Positions 38,784 to 50,700 of a stretch of DNA of 64,000 bases are shown piece after piece. Positions within the stretch are counted from its first letter, which is position 1. The number at the start of each line of letters is the position of its first letter. A program made the translations under genes and the position numbers. The notes under the pieces are model-generated. The model ran no database searches, had not been told where the DNA came from, and saw only the letters and a program-made list of their open reading frames with translations. Source of the DNA: a virus (taxonomy: Duplodnaviria; Heunggongvirae; Uroviricota; Caudoviricetes; Crassvirales); IMG/VR virus record IMGVR_UViG_2974731182_000001. One strand, written 5' to 3'.

Positions 38784-39519
38784 GAAAAAAGACACAAAAT
38801 CACCTTTAAATGATGGTATGCTTGATATGGTGATTGCATTTGATACTACTGGCTCTATGTGTGCTTACATTGAAGCAGTTAAGTTGAATATAAAGAAACT
38901 GATCCCTAAACTCTTTGAACAGAATTCTAATTTAAGGATAGGATTAGTAGCTTTTGGTGATTATTGTGATATGCTAAGCAAAGATAACTTTGGTAAGGCA
39001 TATTAAGTATGTGAACTCACTAATGATGAGAATAGACTTATAGAGTTTGTCACCAAGGCAAAGAATACAAGTGGAGGTGATGTAGATGAATTTTATGAAC
39101 TTGTCATTAAGAAGATAGTAGAAGAGACTAATTGGAGAGAGGGTTCTACCAAAGCAGTTCTCCTTATTGCAGATGCAGAACCACATGAAGTAGGATACCA
39201 TTATGGTATCAAAGTGATTAATAATCAAATTGATTGGAGAGAAGAAGCTAGGAAAGCTGCTGAAAAAGGAATCAGGTTTGACACAGTGATTATAAATAAA
39301 ACTGAGTGGTATAAAGAACTCTCAAAGATTACTAATGGTGTGAGTACCCCCTTCAGTACAAGCTTAAAGACTTCGCAACTTATTGAAGCTGTTGCATTGG
39401 CAAGAGGAGGAGAAAGGACAAGAGACCTTTATAAGACCACTATGGATAGCTTTGAAGCAAGTGGTGATATTGAAATGGCTGCTGTATATGCAGCTTATTC
39501 AAAAGAAGTAATATTTTAA
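38764..39519 (+). pseudogene. von Willebrand factor A (vWA)-domain gene interrupted by a single in-frame TAA (39004-39006): split gene, pseudogene or programmed readthrough
   Basis: The track ORFs 38764-39006 and 39214-39519 are in the same frame. The 207 nt between them translate without further stops as 'VCELTNDENRLIEFVTKAKNTSGGDVDEFYELV...LLIADAEPHE..'. The MIDAS motif 'AFDTTGSM' lies in the first part and the 'TSGGD' T-motif in the middle part. Confidence 0.5.
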
Positions 39520-39531
39520 AATAATAAAAAC

Positions 39532-40158
39532 ATGAAAGTAAATCTTACAGAAATTGAAGTGGGGGATATCTTCTCAGAAGAGTCTCATTACATTGTAAAA
39601 GAAATAAAGAAGGATAGTGTTGTATTTGAACATCTTGAGAGTGGTAAGACTGTAAGTCTGAGCAATAAGTATGTTCATAATATGCTCAATACTTCTGACC
39701 AGTATGAAAAAGAAGTAAAGGTTACTAAGGAAGATAAGAAAGATGGTACTCCGGGCATAAGAACTATCTTTGAAGGTATTAAGTCCTCTGAGGTATTCAC
39801 TGTGGTCTTCAAGAAACAAGACAAGGCTAAGACTAAGAAACAGTTTGAGTCTGAGAGAGAATCTCAAAGAGCTGAGGCTATTGCATTAATAGATAAAGCT
39901 AAAAGACAAAAGAAGTCTATGGCTACAGCCTATAAGGAAGCTTTAGAATTCATTCAAAACAATCCTGTAAAGGACTATATTGAAGGAGAGGATAGAGTAC
40001 TAAGAGGTTACAAGATGCAGTTTGTTTCTAGAGATGGTAAATATAAATGTATGGATATGGACATCAAAAGAACAGGAAAAGAGACTGGAGAAAGATATGT
40101 AAATATAAATACGATTTCACATCTTATTTATAATGGAGTAAAATATGTAGTAGAGTAA
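39532..40158 (+). CDS. hypothetical protein
   Basis: 208-aa ORF followed by a terminator. Confidence 0.5.
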   Translation: MKVNLTEIEVGDIFSEESHYIVKEIKKDSVVFEHLESGKTVSLSNKYVHNMLNTSDQYEKEVKVTKEDKKDGTPGIRTIFEGIKSSEVFTVVFKKQDKAKTKKQFESERESQRAEAIALIDKAKRQKKSMATAYKEALEFIQNNPVKDYIEGEDRVLRGYKMQFVSRDGKYKCMDMDIKRTGKETGERYVNINTISHLIYNGVKYVVE

Positions 40159-40201
40159 TCTATTTACATCTCTTCCTGACAATATTAGAAAATTTTCAAA
40201 T

Positions 40202-40246
40202 GGGAGTAACGGAGAGATCTTGTTACTCCCTTAGTAATTTTTTTTT
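40202..40246 (+). terminator. Rho-independent terminator
   Basis: 9-bp stem GGGAGTAAC/GTTACTCCC, then T9 after a short spacer. Confidence 0.55.
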
Positions 40247-40436
40247 CTTCTTAAGGTCAAGGAAGAATTCAAAAGGCTACTTTATTCTGATAAAGTAAAT
40301 TAATATAAACATCTTAAAGGGGTTAGATGTAAATATATAAATTAACCTCTTATTTCTTCATACTGTAATTAGTAATCAAATTAATTGATGGTAACTTTCA
40401 CACTTAATATCTTGGTTTATTAAGGATAAATACTTA

Positions 40437-40444
40437 CCTTTGCT
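40437..40444 (+). promoter_or_regulatory. Candidate Bacteroidota-type -7 promoter element (TAnnTTTG) upstream of the giant RNAP-like gene
   Basis: TACCTTTG lies 27 nt upstream of ATG 40471. No clean -33 TTTG was found. Confidence 0.25.
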
Positions 40445-40470
40445 ATTGTTTTATTTAACAAGTATATTAT

Positions 40471-43400
40471 ATGAATAATTGTTTAGTAACAACTGAAGAG
40501 ATTAGGTACCTAACTAAGGAGTTACAAGATGAAACAGAGGAATCTGTAAAGGGTCTTGTAGCTTTGTGGCAAAAAGAGAATAATAAATCTATTGAAGAGT
40601 ATCCTACTGTAAGAGAACTTAATAATTTTAGATTTAAACTAAGAAGTGCAAATACAGTAGAGATGCTCGATGAAGCATTATCTCCTTCATTTGATGCTCC
40701 TAAGGTCTCTTCTATTGAAGAACAAGCTAAGGTTGATTTAGACTTTGATCCAAGAACAAGAAGAGATAGAGTAAGTCTTATTGCAAGGTTCTTTAGTAAT
40801 GAGGTAGATAAAGCACTACAGGAAATGAATGATTCTCTTAATAAGAGAATGGATACAGCTTCTGATGAAGAAAGATTACAATTACAGATGGAGTTAAGCT
40901 CCCTTAATAGATTTGATGCCATAAAGAAATACACCCCTGCTGGATTATTTGATAGAGTATTGGATATATTTCAATCCTATATCAACGATACAGAAGAGAA
41001 TAGAGTACAAATTGAACTTGGGGCAATAAATGCAAGAGAGCAGACATTAATTGATGAGGGTGTTATAGATGAATCTGAAAGATTCTCTGATGAACAAAAA
41101 TTGGATGCTGCAAGAAGAAAAGCTGTATATAAGGAACAAGCTTATAGAAAAGTTGTTGATAACTTTAAACCTTTGGCAGAAGAAGCTAGCACATTACTCA
41201 TAACGACAGAAGGAGTTAGAATTGACTTGAACTATATTGCTCCTAAAGATGCTAACTTAAATGATGATACTCCTGAAGGATACAGTGAGCTTGATGAGCA
41301 AGCTGATGATTATAATAAGGAAGAGACTTTTAAAGATGGCTGGATGACTAACTTTAGACAAGTTAGTTCCCATGAATCATTATCTCAAGCAGTTAGAAAA
41401 GTTATTAGGGAAATACCCAGGCTTGACTATGAAGGAATGTATGAGGAAGATGATTTGGGTAATCTAAGGTATTTAGATGCTGATTATGTTCATGCAACTC
41501 TTATTGATAAATTGAGAGATATGATTACTTCTGAAGATATGATTCCTCTTATACAGGAGCTTGAAAGGAATAAACCCTGGGTGGCTCAAGTAAGAGAATT
41601 ACTTGAGAAAGATGATACTCTATTTTCTCAGTTCTATCAAGATTTTAGAAAGGATTTTATACCCTATTGGATCCAGAAGAAAAAGACGATGCTTGATGGT
41701 ACATTCAAGATGCAAACCATTGCTATTAACAAGCCTGAAGGTGTATATTACCTTCTTGATGCTTGGAGAGATAACTATGAGAATGGTATGCAACTTGATA
41801 ATGATAGTGTATATGAGAAGAATGGGGACATAAATATTGAAAATGCTGAAAAAGGTCTTAAGTGGGTCGAAACTCTAAACAATAAATTCTCTAATTTGGA
41901 TACTGAAGCAAGATTAGAACTTCTTGAGGATGATAGGATCTGGAAAACTATACTAAAGCTGTTGAATATGATTGGTATTGATGCCAATCCCTCTATATTA
42001 AGAAATGCACTAACTGATATTAGAACTTCTGATACAGCTAAGTTTACTGACCCTATTATGGTCCTACTACCTCAATTGAATATTATATTCAAAGGAATCA
42101 AGAAGGGGGAAATAAAGTCAGAAACAGGAGAAGATGGAATAGAGAAGAGAGGAGACTTAATTAATACATTTGGTTCAGCTTATAGTGCAATTGCAAATAT
42201 GATGGCTAATGTAACTGAAGATGCTATTGAAAGTAGTGTTAGAGAGAATGATAAGTCTTATTACTCTCATGTCACCCCAAATTATCTTGGAAAGTTAATT
42301 AAACAGCTTAAGAATGTAAGAGGAGATAGGAAGAGATTTGAAGAATTTATTAATACTGAGTTTAAGCAATATGAGTGGTTCTTTAAAGATGGGAGATGGA
42401 GAAGTGACTGGTTAGAGCAACTGGTTAACTCTGAGGAAATGAGAAGAGGCCTAAATCATAAAGTAGTATTGAACTCTGATAAAGTGGACTACACTAACTG
42501 GGATGACTTAGATTATACCTTAGCACTTCTTACTGAGTATTGGGGAGACCCAGAAGATAGTAGAACAAGTGTGAAGTGGGCCTGGTATCATGTCCCTATT
42601 CTTTCAGATTCTCCTTCTGCTGAATTCATTAGATTCAGAAAATATGTAAGTGGAGTTGAATATGATGAGAATGGGAACAAGCTGACTTATGATGATATTA
42701 TCCTTGATAAACTAACTGATTTAGTCAATCAAGAATATGACAGAATAATGCTTGTCAGAGCAAGAGATGAGGAACTTCAAAATGGCAATCCAAACATCTC
42801 TCCTATAGCAAACTATGATATTGTCAGGAAGAAAGATGGAAGTATAAAGGGTATGGGAGGAGCTGAGTTCAAGTTCTTACCTGCACTTAATTCCATTAGA
42901 TATGATAATGGAGAGACATTCTTTGACAGATTAAGTAGGTTGAGTAGAGAGGGAAGTGGTGCTGAGTTGAAGGATTTTATCAGAGGTGCTCTTAGAGAAG
43001 TCATGGATAATGGTTTTGAAGAAGCATATAGAGATTGGGCAAGAATTGGTCTGCTTGGTGAACTGCCAAATGGGAGATATAAATATCTGCCTTTTGCAGG
43101 GCAAACACAGCAGAACTCAAGGACTGCAAAATCTCTTATTAAGGCTAAAGAGATTCTTGGCACTACTCTATGGACTACTGATATGGAGTTGTTATTGAAA
43201 GATTATAACAACAATAACCCAGTAGATGACAGAGTAGCTGCAAACCTATTTCAACAGATAAGGGATATGGTTACTCAAAGGGTTACAAGAGGTGATATTA
43301 CAAAGCAGGAAGCTGATAGTATCAATAGAAACCTTGTGGTAAAGAACAATGCAAAGGCTGCATTGAGAGAGTATTACTGGAATAGTAAATTAGCCACTTC

Positions 43401-46400
43401 TCAAATCATTGAATTGACTACTACTGATTTGGCATTCTATAAGAATGTAGAGGACTTTCAAAAGAGATATAAGGAGGTTCATGCCCCTGCTCTTAGAATG
43501 AATACCAAAGCAACTTATAAGGGTGAAAAAATTGGTAGAGATTGGGAAAGAACTATTTACTTGAAGGATGATGAGATTACCTCTTCTGTACTAAGTGACA
43601 TTGAGACAGTGATAATGGAAAAGTATAAGAAGGGAGAATTATCAGATTACAATGCTGCATCCATCCTATCTAAGTTTGGGTATTCTAATCATACTGTTAA
43701 AAGTAAAGATGGTCAGGAAAAGAAGTATGCTAAAGTAGGTAATACTATGGTAGAAACTTCTTATGTCAATGTTGCAGATGCACAGGCTTATAGAAGTCTA
43801 AGCTCTTACAGAACAATACTTGGCATGTCTGGTCAATGGACAGATGAAATGGAGCAGGCATATAACAATTTCAAGAATGGTACTTGGAACATTGCTGACT
43901 TCAATATTATCTGGCAGACTAAGAAACCTTATGTATATACTCAGGTTAATAACATGAGTGGTGTACAAGGTCATACAGGTATAAAGACTCCTGTACAGCA
44001 TAAGAACTCTGAGTTCCTATTACTTGCTATGCACGAATTAATTGCTGGACCTCTTGGCAAGTCAAGTAAGCTGAGAGCCATCAATGAGTTCATGGAAGAG
44101 GATAACATTGATGTAGTTCAATTTGAGTCTACTACTAAAGTTGGTAAGCAGGGAATTATTGACCTTAACCAAGTCAGTGATTTCAAGCAAGTGAAGGAGG
44201 TCTTGAAGAATGCTACTACACAAGATGGTGTGGAGAATCCTAATGTAGTTCATAAAGTAAGCTATGAGGATTATGGTATTCAGACTGCAACTCCTGAACA
44301 TGCTATTGATGCTGTACAGCTTGTAGGTACTCAGATTAGAAAGTTGATTACTGCTGATATTGCACCAGATGCCATTATTGAGGTTGATGGTAAAAAGATG
44401 ACCAAGCAAGAATGGCTGGATTTATATAATGCTGTTAACACTGAAAACATCCTTCAGGCATTCAGGGATGTAGATGATATATTCAAAGACCCTAAGAAGG
44501 TAGAGGAGATACTACTTGAAGAGATTAGAGGTAATCAGAGATATGGAATTGACATGATGAGAGCATGTACTCTTAATGAGAATGGTCAGTTCAATATTCC
44601 ATTATTTGACCCTGTACAATCTCAGAGAGTACAGACCCTTTTGAATAGTATCATCAAGAGCAGAATTACCAAGCAGAAGATTAGAGGTGGAGCATTAATT
44701 CAGGTATCTGATTATGGCTTGACTGATGAGCTTCATGTGGTATTTGAAGGAGAAGGTGAGAACAAGAGAATCAAGTATCTTGAATGTTATATGCCAGCTT
44801 ATTCAAGAGAGTTCTATGAGCCTCTTATGAAAGAAGGAACTCATGAACTTGACATCAACAAGTTGCCTGAAGACCTTAGAAAGTTGATTGGCTACAGAGT
44901 TCCAACAGAGGATAAGTATTCAATGGCTCCTCTGTATATCAAGGGATTCTTACCTCAACAGAATGGTTCTGCAATTATGCTCCCTGCTGAGATTACTACT
45001 CTATCAGGTTCAGACTTTGATGTGGATAAAATGTACATCATGTTGCCTGAATTTAAGGTAGAGAAGTTTGATTTCAGAAGAGCAAAGCAGGATTTCAAAG
45101 GTGAGCAAAGAATACTTGATGAATTGGCTTCTTTATTCAGAGAAGGCAGTCTGATGGATGACTTTGCAAATGCACCTGTAGAGTTTAAGGAATGGTTCAA
45201 AGAGAACAAGGAGAAGTACAGACTTGCTACACCTAAGATTAGGAAAGTAAAGTATGACTTTAATAAAGCCCCACAAGAGAATAGTCTTGAAGCAAGAAAT
45301 AACTTGATGATAGATATGATGTGGGGAGTTCTGACAAATGCAGATACAGCTTCTAAGATTCTTAACCCCGGTGGTTCTGATTATCAGAAGAAAGCTGCAA
45401 GAATTGTCAGTATCCTTAGTTCAAGTTATGAATCAGATTTGAGAAGGGATTTGAATATTCCTAATGGTTCAGTTATCACTAAGTTACTTTCAATGGATTT
45501 GGAAGAACTTGACAAACTTGCTGAAAGAACCAAGAGAAAACTTGACCCCATCTCTCCAAGAACTCAGGTACAACTTCACCAACAGAATATGACTGGTGCA
45601 AAGCTGATTGGTATATATGCAAACCATAATGCAAACCATGCTTTGATGCAGCATACTGAATTAGGTCTTGATGTGGAAAATGGCTCATTTGTATTGAATG
45701 GAAAGAGACTAACATCTCTACATGATATTATGAATAGAGACAAAGAGTTCATATCAAAGAATAATGCAGGTTTCTTGGCTGCATCTGTGGATAATGTGAA
45801 AGACCCTGTGCTGGCTGGTATTAACCAGAACACATTTACTGCTGATGCCTCTATGCTTCTTTCAAGACTTGGTTACAATCCTGTTGAAATAGGTCTGCTT
45901 ATGGCACAACCTATTATCATGGATATTACTCAGGCTTATTTCAGAGAGAGTAGAGAAGGTAAAGGTAAGGACACTGTGATTGATGAAATCCTTGTAGAAT
46001 ATAAGAAGAAGGCTGCAATGATGGAAGAAGTTACTTATGATAACTATAAGAATAATGACTTCCTAATTGAAGACCTTGCCAACAACATCCTTATTGCAAA
46101 GGAAATGGCAGGCATCACAAGTGCCCATCAGACTTCTGATTACAGTAAGGTTGAGTTCTACAAGAAACAAGTTGCTGTAGGATTCCTATTTAAGAGAATA
46201 ATGAGAACTGCTGATAGCCTTGGTCAGCTTGTGCAAGCTACAAGGTCTGATACTCAAGGTGGTGCAGCAGGTCCAACTATTGCTGATACAAAGCTCAAAA
46301 TCCAAAAGGTTCAAGACTTCTTGAAAGATATGGAGGAGAATGACAAGTTTCCACTTGTAGGGGCAGATGTAATCAGTGACAGTATTTCTCTTAATGATGA

Positions 46401-47766
46401 CATTGACAACATAAGAGAGCAATTGCTTGCAAGTAAATTGCCTTTCTTACAGGCATTCTACACACTTGGATTGAAGCAATCAGAGAGAATGTTAAGCAAG
46501 TATTTCCCTCAATTCACTGAGTCATTTGATGAGGTAGTTGATGTTCTTAGAAACATGACAAAGACAGGTAGATTAAATGTGAAGACTATGAATAGTATTT
46601 ACAATGATTTGCTTGCTTATATAATGTCTAAGACAGATTTCTTTGGTGCAGAACCTGATTGGAGTTCAGTAGATGAGAATGGTAATCCTACAAAGATGAT
46701 TACATCTGCTGACAAGAGAAGGGACTTCATCAATAATTTCCCAACTTACTTCAAGAAAGTGGTTGCAGAGAATGAGGATATAGCTGACCTTGAGTTTATT
46801 AAGAGACTTAGAGTGATAAGGGCAAATGATACAAATCCTGTGGACACTGTGGTGTTTAAGAATGTTGGTCAATTGAGTCCCACTCTAAGAGAAAGATATA
46901 TGAGAGACTGGACTTCTCTATTATATATGAGTAACCCAGAAGCTCAAAAGCTTGCTCTTAACTTATTCAGATACAGCTTCTACAGAAATGGCTTTGCATT
47001 TGGTCCTTCCACATTTATTCACTTGGCTCCTGTAGCTGTAAGAAATGCAGTTCCAGAGTACATTGAAACACTGAGAAGTCTCCTTACATCTGAGGATGAT
47101 TATAGTAACTTTGTTGAACAGTATATCTATAATCACCTTGATAATAGAAAGCTTGTTCCTGAAGTTCCCGATGATACCTCAACTTCATTTATAGGTGAAG
47201 ACAATGAGATTAAGGATGAAGTTACATTTGTAATAGATGAAAATGCAAACTTTGGAGATAAAAAGATTATCAGGAAGAGAATTGATACTCCTGATGGTCC
47301 TGTATATGATTTCTTTGATTTCATTGCGAGAAGAAACAAAGGTGGATATATTTATTACAGATTAACTACAGACAGAGTTGATGAGTCTAATGTCGCAGTT
47401 TATAGAAGAATTGAACCATTAGGATTCAGAAACAGTTTCATTGAATATGAGTATAGAAAGGAAGCAAGTGAAGTAACTTCTGCTATCGAGAAAAACAAAA
47501 AAGATTATAATTCTAACGCTACTATTGATGAGACATTTGCTTCTTATGATACTCCTCAAATGACAGAAGAAGACTTGGCCAACTATGATATATATAGAGA
47601 ATCGTTCAGTGAAGACACTTTGAATCAAGCTTATGAGAGTGTTTATGGTACTCCTCTTGAAATACCACAAGGTCCTGAGAATGATGTAACATCTATTCAG
47701 CCTAATGTGGAATACAAGGATGAGAATGGTGACAGTATTTGTGGTGCAACAAATTTATTAAGTTAA
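40471..47766 (+). CDS. giant virion-packaged RNA polymerase-like protein (crAss-like vRNAP homologue candidate)
   Basis: 2431 aa. 'LSGSDFDVDKMYIML' resembles the universal catalytic DPBB motif of multisubunit RNA polymerases and of QDE-1-like enzymes (NADFDGDQM). The size and position next to other giant virion genes match crAss-like vRNAP. Confidence 0.6.
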   Translation: MNNCLVTTEEIRYLTKELQDETEESVKGLVALWQKENNKSIEEYPTVRELNNFRFKLRSANTVEMLDEALSPSFDAPKVSSIEEQAKVDLDFDPRTRRDRVSLIARFFSNEVDKALQEMNDSLNKRMDTASDEERLQLQMELSSLNRFDAIKKYTPAGLFDRVLDIFQSYINDTEENRVQIELGAINAREQTLIDEGVIDESERFSDEQKLDAARRKAVYKEQAYRKVVDNFKPLAEEASTLLITTEGVRIDLNYIAPKDANLNDDTPEGYSELDEQADDYNKEETFKDGWMTNFRQVSSHESLSQAVRKVIREIPRLDYEGMYEEDDLGNLRYLDADYVHATLIDKLRDMITSEDMIPLIQELERNKPWVAQVRELLEKDDTLFSQFYQDFRKDFIPYWIQKKKTMLDGTFKMQTIAINKPEGVYYLLDAWRDNYENGMQLDNDSVYEKNGDINIENAEKGLKWVETLNNKFSNLDTEARLELLEDDRIWKTILKLLNMIGIDANPSILRNALTDIRTSDTAKFTDPIMVLLPQLNIIFKGIKKGEIKSETGEDGIEKRGDLINTFGSAYSAIANMMANVTEDAIESSVRENDKSYYSHVTPNYLGKLIKQLKNVRGDRKRFEEFINTEFKQYEWFFKDGRWRSDWLEQLVNSEEMRRGLNHKVVLNSDKVDYTNWDDLDYTLALLTEYWGDPEDSRTSVKWAWYHVPILSDSPSAEFIRFRKYVSGVEYDENGNKLTYDDIILDKLTDLVNQEYDRIMLVRARDEELQNGNPNISPIANYDIVRKKDGSIKGMGGAEFKFLPALNSIRYDNGETFFDRLSRLSREGSGAELKDFIRGALREVMDNGFEEAYRDWARIGLLGELPNGRYKYLPFAGQTQQNSRTAKSLIKAKEILGTTLWTTDMELLLKDYNNNNPVDDRVAANLFQQIRDMVTQRVTRGDITKQEADSINRNLVVKNNAKAALREYYWNSKLATSQIIELTTTDLAFYKNVEDFQKRYKEVHAPALRMNTKATYKGEKIGRDWERTIYLKDDEITSSVLSDIETVIMEKYKKGELSDYNAASILSKFGYSNHTVKSKDGQEKKYAKVGNTMVETSYVNVADAQAYRSLSSYRTILGMSGQWTDEMEQAYNNFKNGTWNIADFNIIWQTKKPYVYTQVNNMSGVQGHTGIKTPVQHKNSEFLLLAMHELIAGPLGKSSKLRAINEFMEEDNIDVVQFESTTKVGKQGIIDLNQVSDFKQVKEVLKNATTQDGVENPNVVHKVSYEDYGIQTATPEHAIDAVQLVGTQIRKLITADIAPDAIIEVDGKKMTKQEWLDLYNAVNTENILQAFRDVDDIFKDPKKVEEILLEEIRGNQRYGIDMMRACTLNENGQFNIPLFDPVQSQRVQTLLNSIIKSRITKQKIRGGALIQVSDYGLTDELHVVFEGEGENKRIKYLECYMPAYSREFYEPLMKEGTHELDINKLPEDLRKLIGYRVPTEDKYSMAPLYIKGFLPQQNGSAIMLPAEITTLSGSDFDVDKMYIMLPEFKVEKFDFRRAKQDFKGEQRILDELASLFREGSLMDDFANAPVEFKEWFKENKEKYRLATPKIRKVKYDFNKAPQENSLEARNNLMIDMMWGVLTNADTASKILNPGGSDYQKKAARIVSILSSSYESDLRRDLNIPNGSVITKLLSMDLEELDKLAERTKRKLDPISPRTQVQLHQQNMTGAKLIGIYANHNANHALMQHTELGLDVENGSFVLNGKRLTSLHDIMNRDKEFISKNNAGFLAASVDNVKDPVLAGINQNTFTADASMLLSRLGYNPVEIGLLMAQPIIMDITQAYFRESREGKGKDTVIDEILVEYKKKAAMMEEVTYDNYKNNDFLIEDLANNILIAKEMAGITSAHQTSDYSKVEFYKKQVAVGFLFKRIMRTADSLGQLVQATRSDTQGGAAGPTIADTKLKIQKVQDFLKDMEENDKFPLVGADVISDSISLNDDIDNIREQLLASKLPFLQAFYTLGLKQSERMLSKYFPQFTESFDEVVDVLRNMTKTGRLNVKTMNSIYNDLLAYIMSKTDFFGAEPDWSSVDENGNPTKMITSADKRRDFINNFPTYFKKVVAENEDIADLEFIKRLRVIRANDTNPVDTVVFKNVGQLSPTLRERYMRDWTSLLYMSNPEAQKLALNLFRYSFYRNGFAFGPSTFIHLAPVAVRNAVPEYIETLRSLLTSEDDYSNFVEQYIYNHLDNRKLVPEVPDDTSTSFIGEDNEIKDEVTFVIDENANFGDKKIIRKRIDTPDGPVYDFFDFIARRNKGGYIYYRLTTDRVDESNVAVYRRIEPLGFRNSFIEYEYRKEASEVTSAIEKNKKDYNSNATIDETFASYDTPQMTEEDLANYDIYRESFSEDTLNQAYESVYGTPLEIPQGPENDVTSIQPNVEYKDENGDSICGATNLLS

Positions 47767-47772
47767 TAAGAT

Positions 47773-50700
47773 ATGTCAAGAAATTGTGCAATTATTCCTC
47801 AAGTAAGAAACAATAAAGATCAGATAGTAGACAGTAGGTTATTCAAAGACCTACTGGCCTACACTGGCAATAACAGAGCAGAAACTACCAGACTTTATTT
47901 AATTACTAAGAGTAGTGAATTTATTAAGGATTGGAATCCAAGACTAACTTTAGATGAAAACAATGAGCCCACACTGAGAAGTCTTTTACAAAAGACCAAT
48001 TTTAGTGATATTATTCCCGAGTCAAAAGTACTTGAAAGACTCAATAGAGAAATAGGGTACTATAAGAGGGGAATGGATAGACCTGCTCTTTGGGTAAATA
48101 ATGATGAGAACTACCAGAAGTTACTACAGAAGGTAATTTCATTCAATCAAACTTCAGATTTCAGGGATGATTATGTAGCTAAGATTATTAAGATTCAGGA
48201 CACTGAATCCCCAAGAATCTTTATAGGAGTAAAGGTTGAGAAAAGAAATAGACTTAACTCAATTGATGCTGACAAAATGGCATATAATGCCAATCTTAAT
48301 AGTAGATTAAGAGACATTTTGGCAGCTAATGGCATTGCAGTAGGTGCTCTTACAGACCTTGAGAAGAGGATGGGAATCAATGGTGTAACTGACTTTGATG
48401 TGGCAAGAACTGCTGCTAATGGAATGATTGAGATGATTAGATTGGCTAATGGTATTGAGGGAGAAAAAGCTCTTCCTGAAGAGTTTGCTCACTTTGCTAT
48501 TGAAGCAATGGGAGAGTCCCCCCTTATCAATAGATTGATTAATAATCTCAGTTCAAGTGGTCTTATAGGTGAAATACTTGGTGATGAGTATGAGACCTAC
48601 AATACTCTCTACAAAGGTGATACTGCAAAGTTAGCTAAAGAAGCAGCAGGTAAATTACTTGCAAAGCACTTATTGAAGTCAGAGCCTATAGGACAGAAAC
48701 CCTACAAGAATTTATTAGAGAGAGTAATCTCAGCTATTAAATCCTTCTTCAAGACCATAAATGTCAACCAGATACAAAAAGCTATATATGAAGCAGATAA
48801 AGATTTTGGTAGATTAGCAAGGGATATCCTTAATGGTAGAATGGATGAGGAGATAAGTATAGATAATATCAAGTCATCTGATCTATTCTATCAAACCAAT
48901 GAAAGAATTCAAAGAGATAGAAAAGTACTACAGAATATTATTAATAATGAGCTTAAAAGACTTAAGATTTATGAAAAGAGAAATCCTAATAGTCAATTTA
49001 GTACCAATCAAAGGCTCCTTATTGATAGACTAGAAATGGAGCTATATGATAACAATGAAATTGAAGGAATTTACTCTTTTCTTGATAATGCTCTTGAAGA
49101 GTTACAAAAAGTAAGTTACAGACTTGAATTACTAAGGGATACTCCGGCAACTAATGTAAATGAGAGAGCTTCTGTATTAAGGGATGTGAGGAATTATATG
49201 TACTCTTATAAGAATATTATAGAGGACATAAGGAAGGCACTAGTGGATGAAGAGAGATATGATGACAATAGGTATGGTCAAAGAGTGAGAGTATTATTAA
49301 ATGATACTTCTAACTTGCTTGGAGACTTATTTGTTAAATATAATAGTGTGTCTATGCCATTATTTGTAGACTTTATCAAACCTTTTGTAGGAGAAAATAT
49401 TATGATACCTTTTGGCAAATTTAAGGGTAAAGTAATTAAGGCCGAGGATTTGGTGAAGATGGCTGATAAGGATATATCTTTCTTTGATAGATGGCTGGAT
49501 AGTATGGCAGATTCTTCGGATTATATGTTAAAGGTAATGGATCAAGCTGTCAAGAAGAGTAAAGAACAGGCAAGATCAAGAACCATTGATGTGATGAAAC
49601 AATTACAGGCTGCTACTATCAAACTTGAAAAGGCTGGTATTAAGAATACTGACTGGATGTTTGAGAGGGATAGTAAGGGTAATTTAAGTGGTAATTACAT
49701 CTCTGAAATCAATCAAGCCCTGTTCAAGGAGAAAGTAAGGGAAATGTTCAAATCTCTTAATGAGAAGTATGGAAAGAACCCTGTTGGTGAAAATGCTGAG
49801 AAGTATAAGAAAGAAAGACAAGCTTGGTTTGATGCCAATATGGAAATAGTCAATGGTAAGAAAGTACCTAAGATGTCAATCTATGGTAATAAGCAATACC
49901 AAAGACTAAATGCAGCTCAGAAAGAGTATTATGATACAGTGATGAACATTAAGTCCCAGTTGGATTCTTATTTGCCTGAGAAGTACACTACACTTACTAA
50001 TGCTGTCAAGATAAGAAAGGACTTACTTGAGAGAGTTAAGTCATCTGATGGTGTGAGGTCAGGGGCAAAGCAGATATGGAAAAGTATCAAGGATGAGTTT
50101 ATTAGAAGAACTGATGATGTGGACTTTGGAGACAGAGCTACAGTGAAGGACTTTGAAGGCAATGAGGTACAGACTCTTCCTATATACTTTACTAAACTGA
50201 AAGAGGGAGAAAGTGCAAATGACTTGTCTACTGACATTGTAAGTACTCTCACAGCCTATGCTGCAATGGCTAATGACTTTGATGAAATGAACAAGGTTAT
50301 TGATGTGCTTGAATTAGGTAGAGACTTGTTAAGAGAAAGGCAAGTAATTCAAACTCAAGGGGGTAAGCCACTTGTAGAAAAGTTCAAGGCAGTAGGTAGA
50401 AAGGTTGAGAGTAAATTAACCAAAGAAGGAGAAGCTACAAGATTTGTCCAAAGACTGAATGACTTCTTTGAAATGCAAGTATATGGAAGATACATGGCAG
50501 ATGAAGGTACATTTGGCAAGACAAATATTGATAAGGGTAAAGTTGCTAACTTTGTAAATAGAGTTACTTCTATGAACAACTTAGCACTCAATGTTCTTTC
50601 AGGTATTTCCAATATAGCTACTGGTAAAGTGATGATGAGAATTGAGTCATTTGCTGGTGAGTTCTTCAATGAGAAGAATACAATTACTGCTGATAGGATA

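Noticed and set aside
38764-39519. Genome-wide stop-codon reassignment as an explanation for the in-frame TAA in the vWA gene
   Set aside because: It is a single isolated TAA. Other genes terminate normally at TAA, and no other same-frame split pairs were seen. Local mutation or readthrough is more parsimonious.
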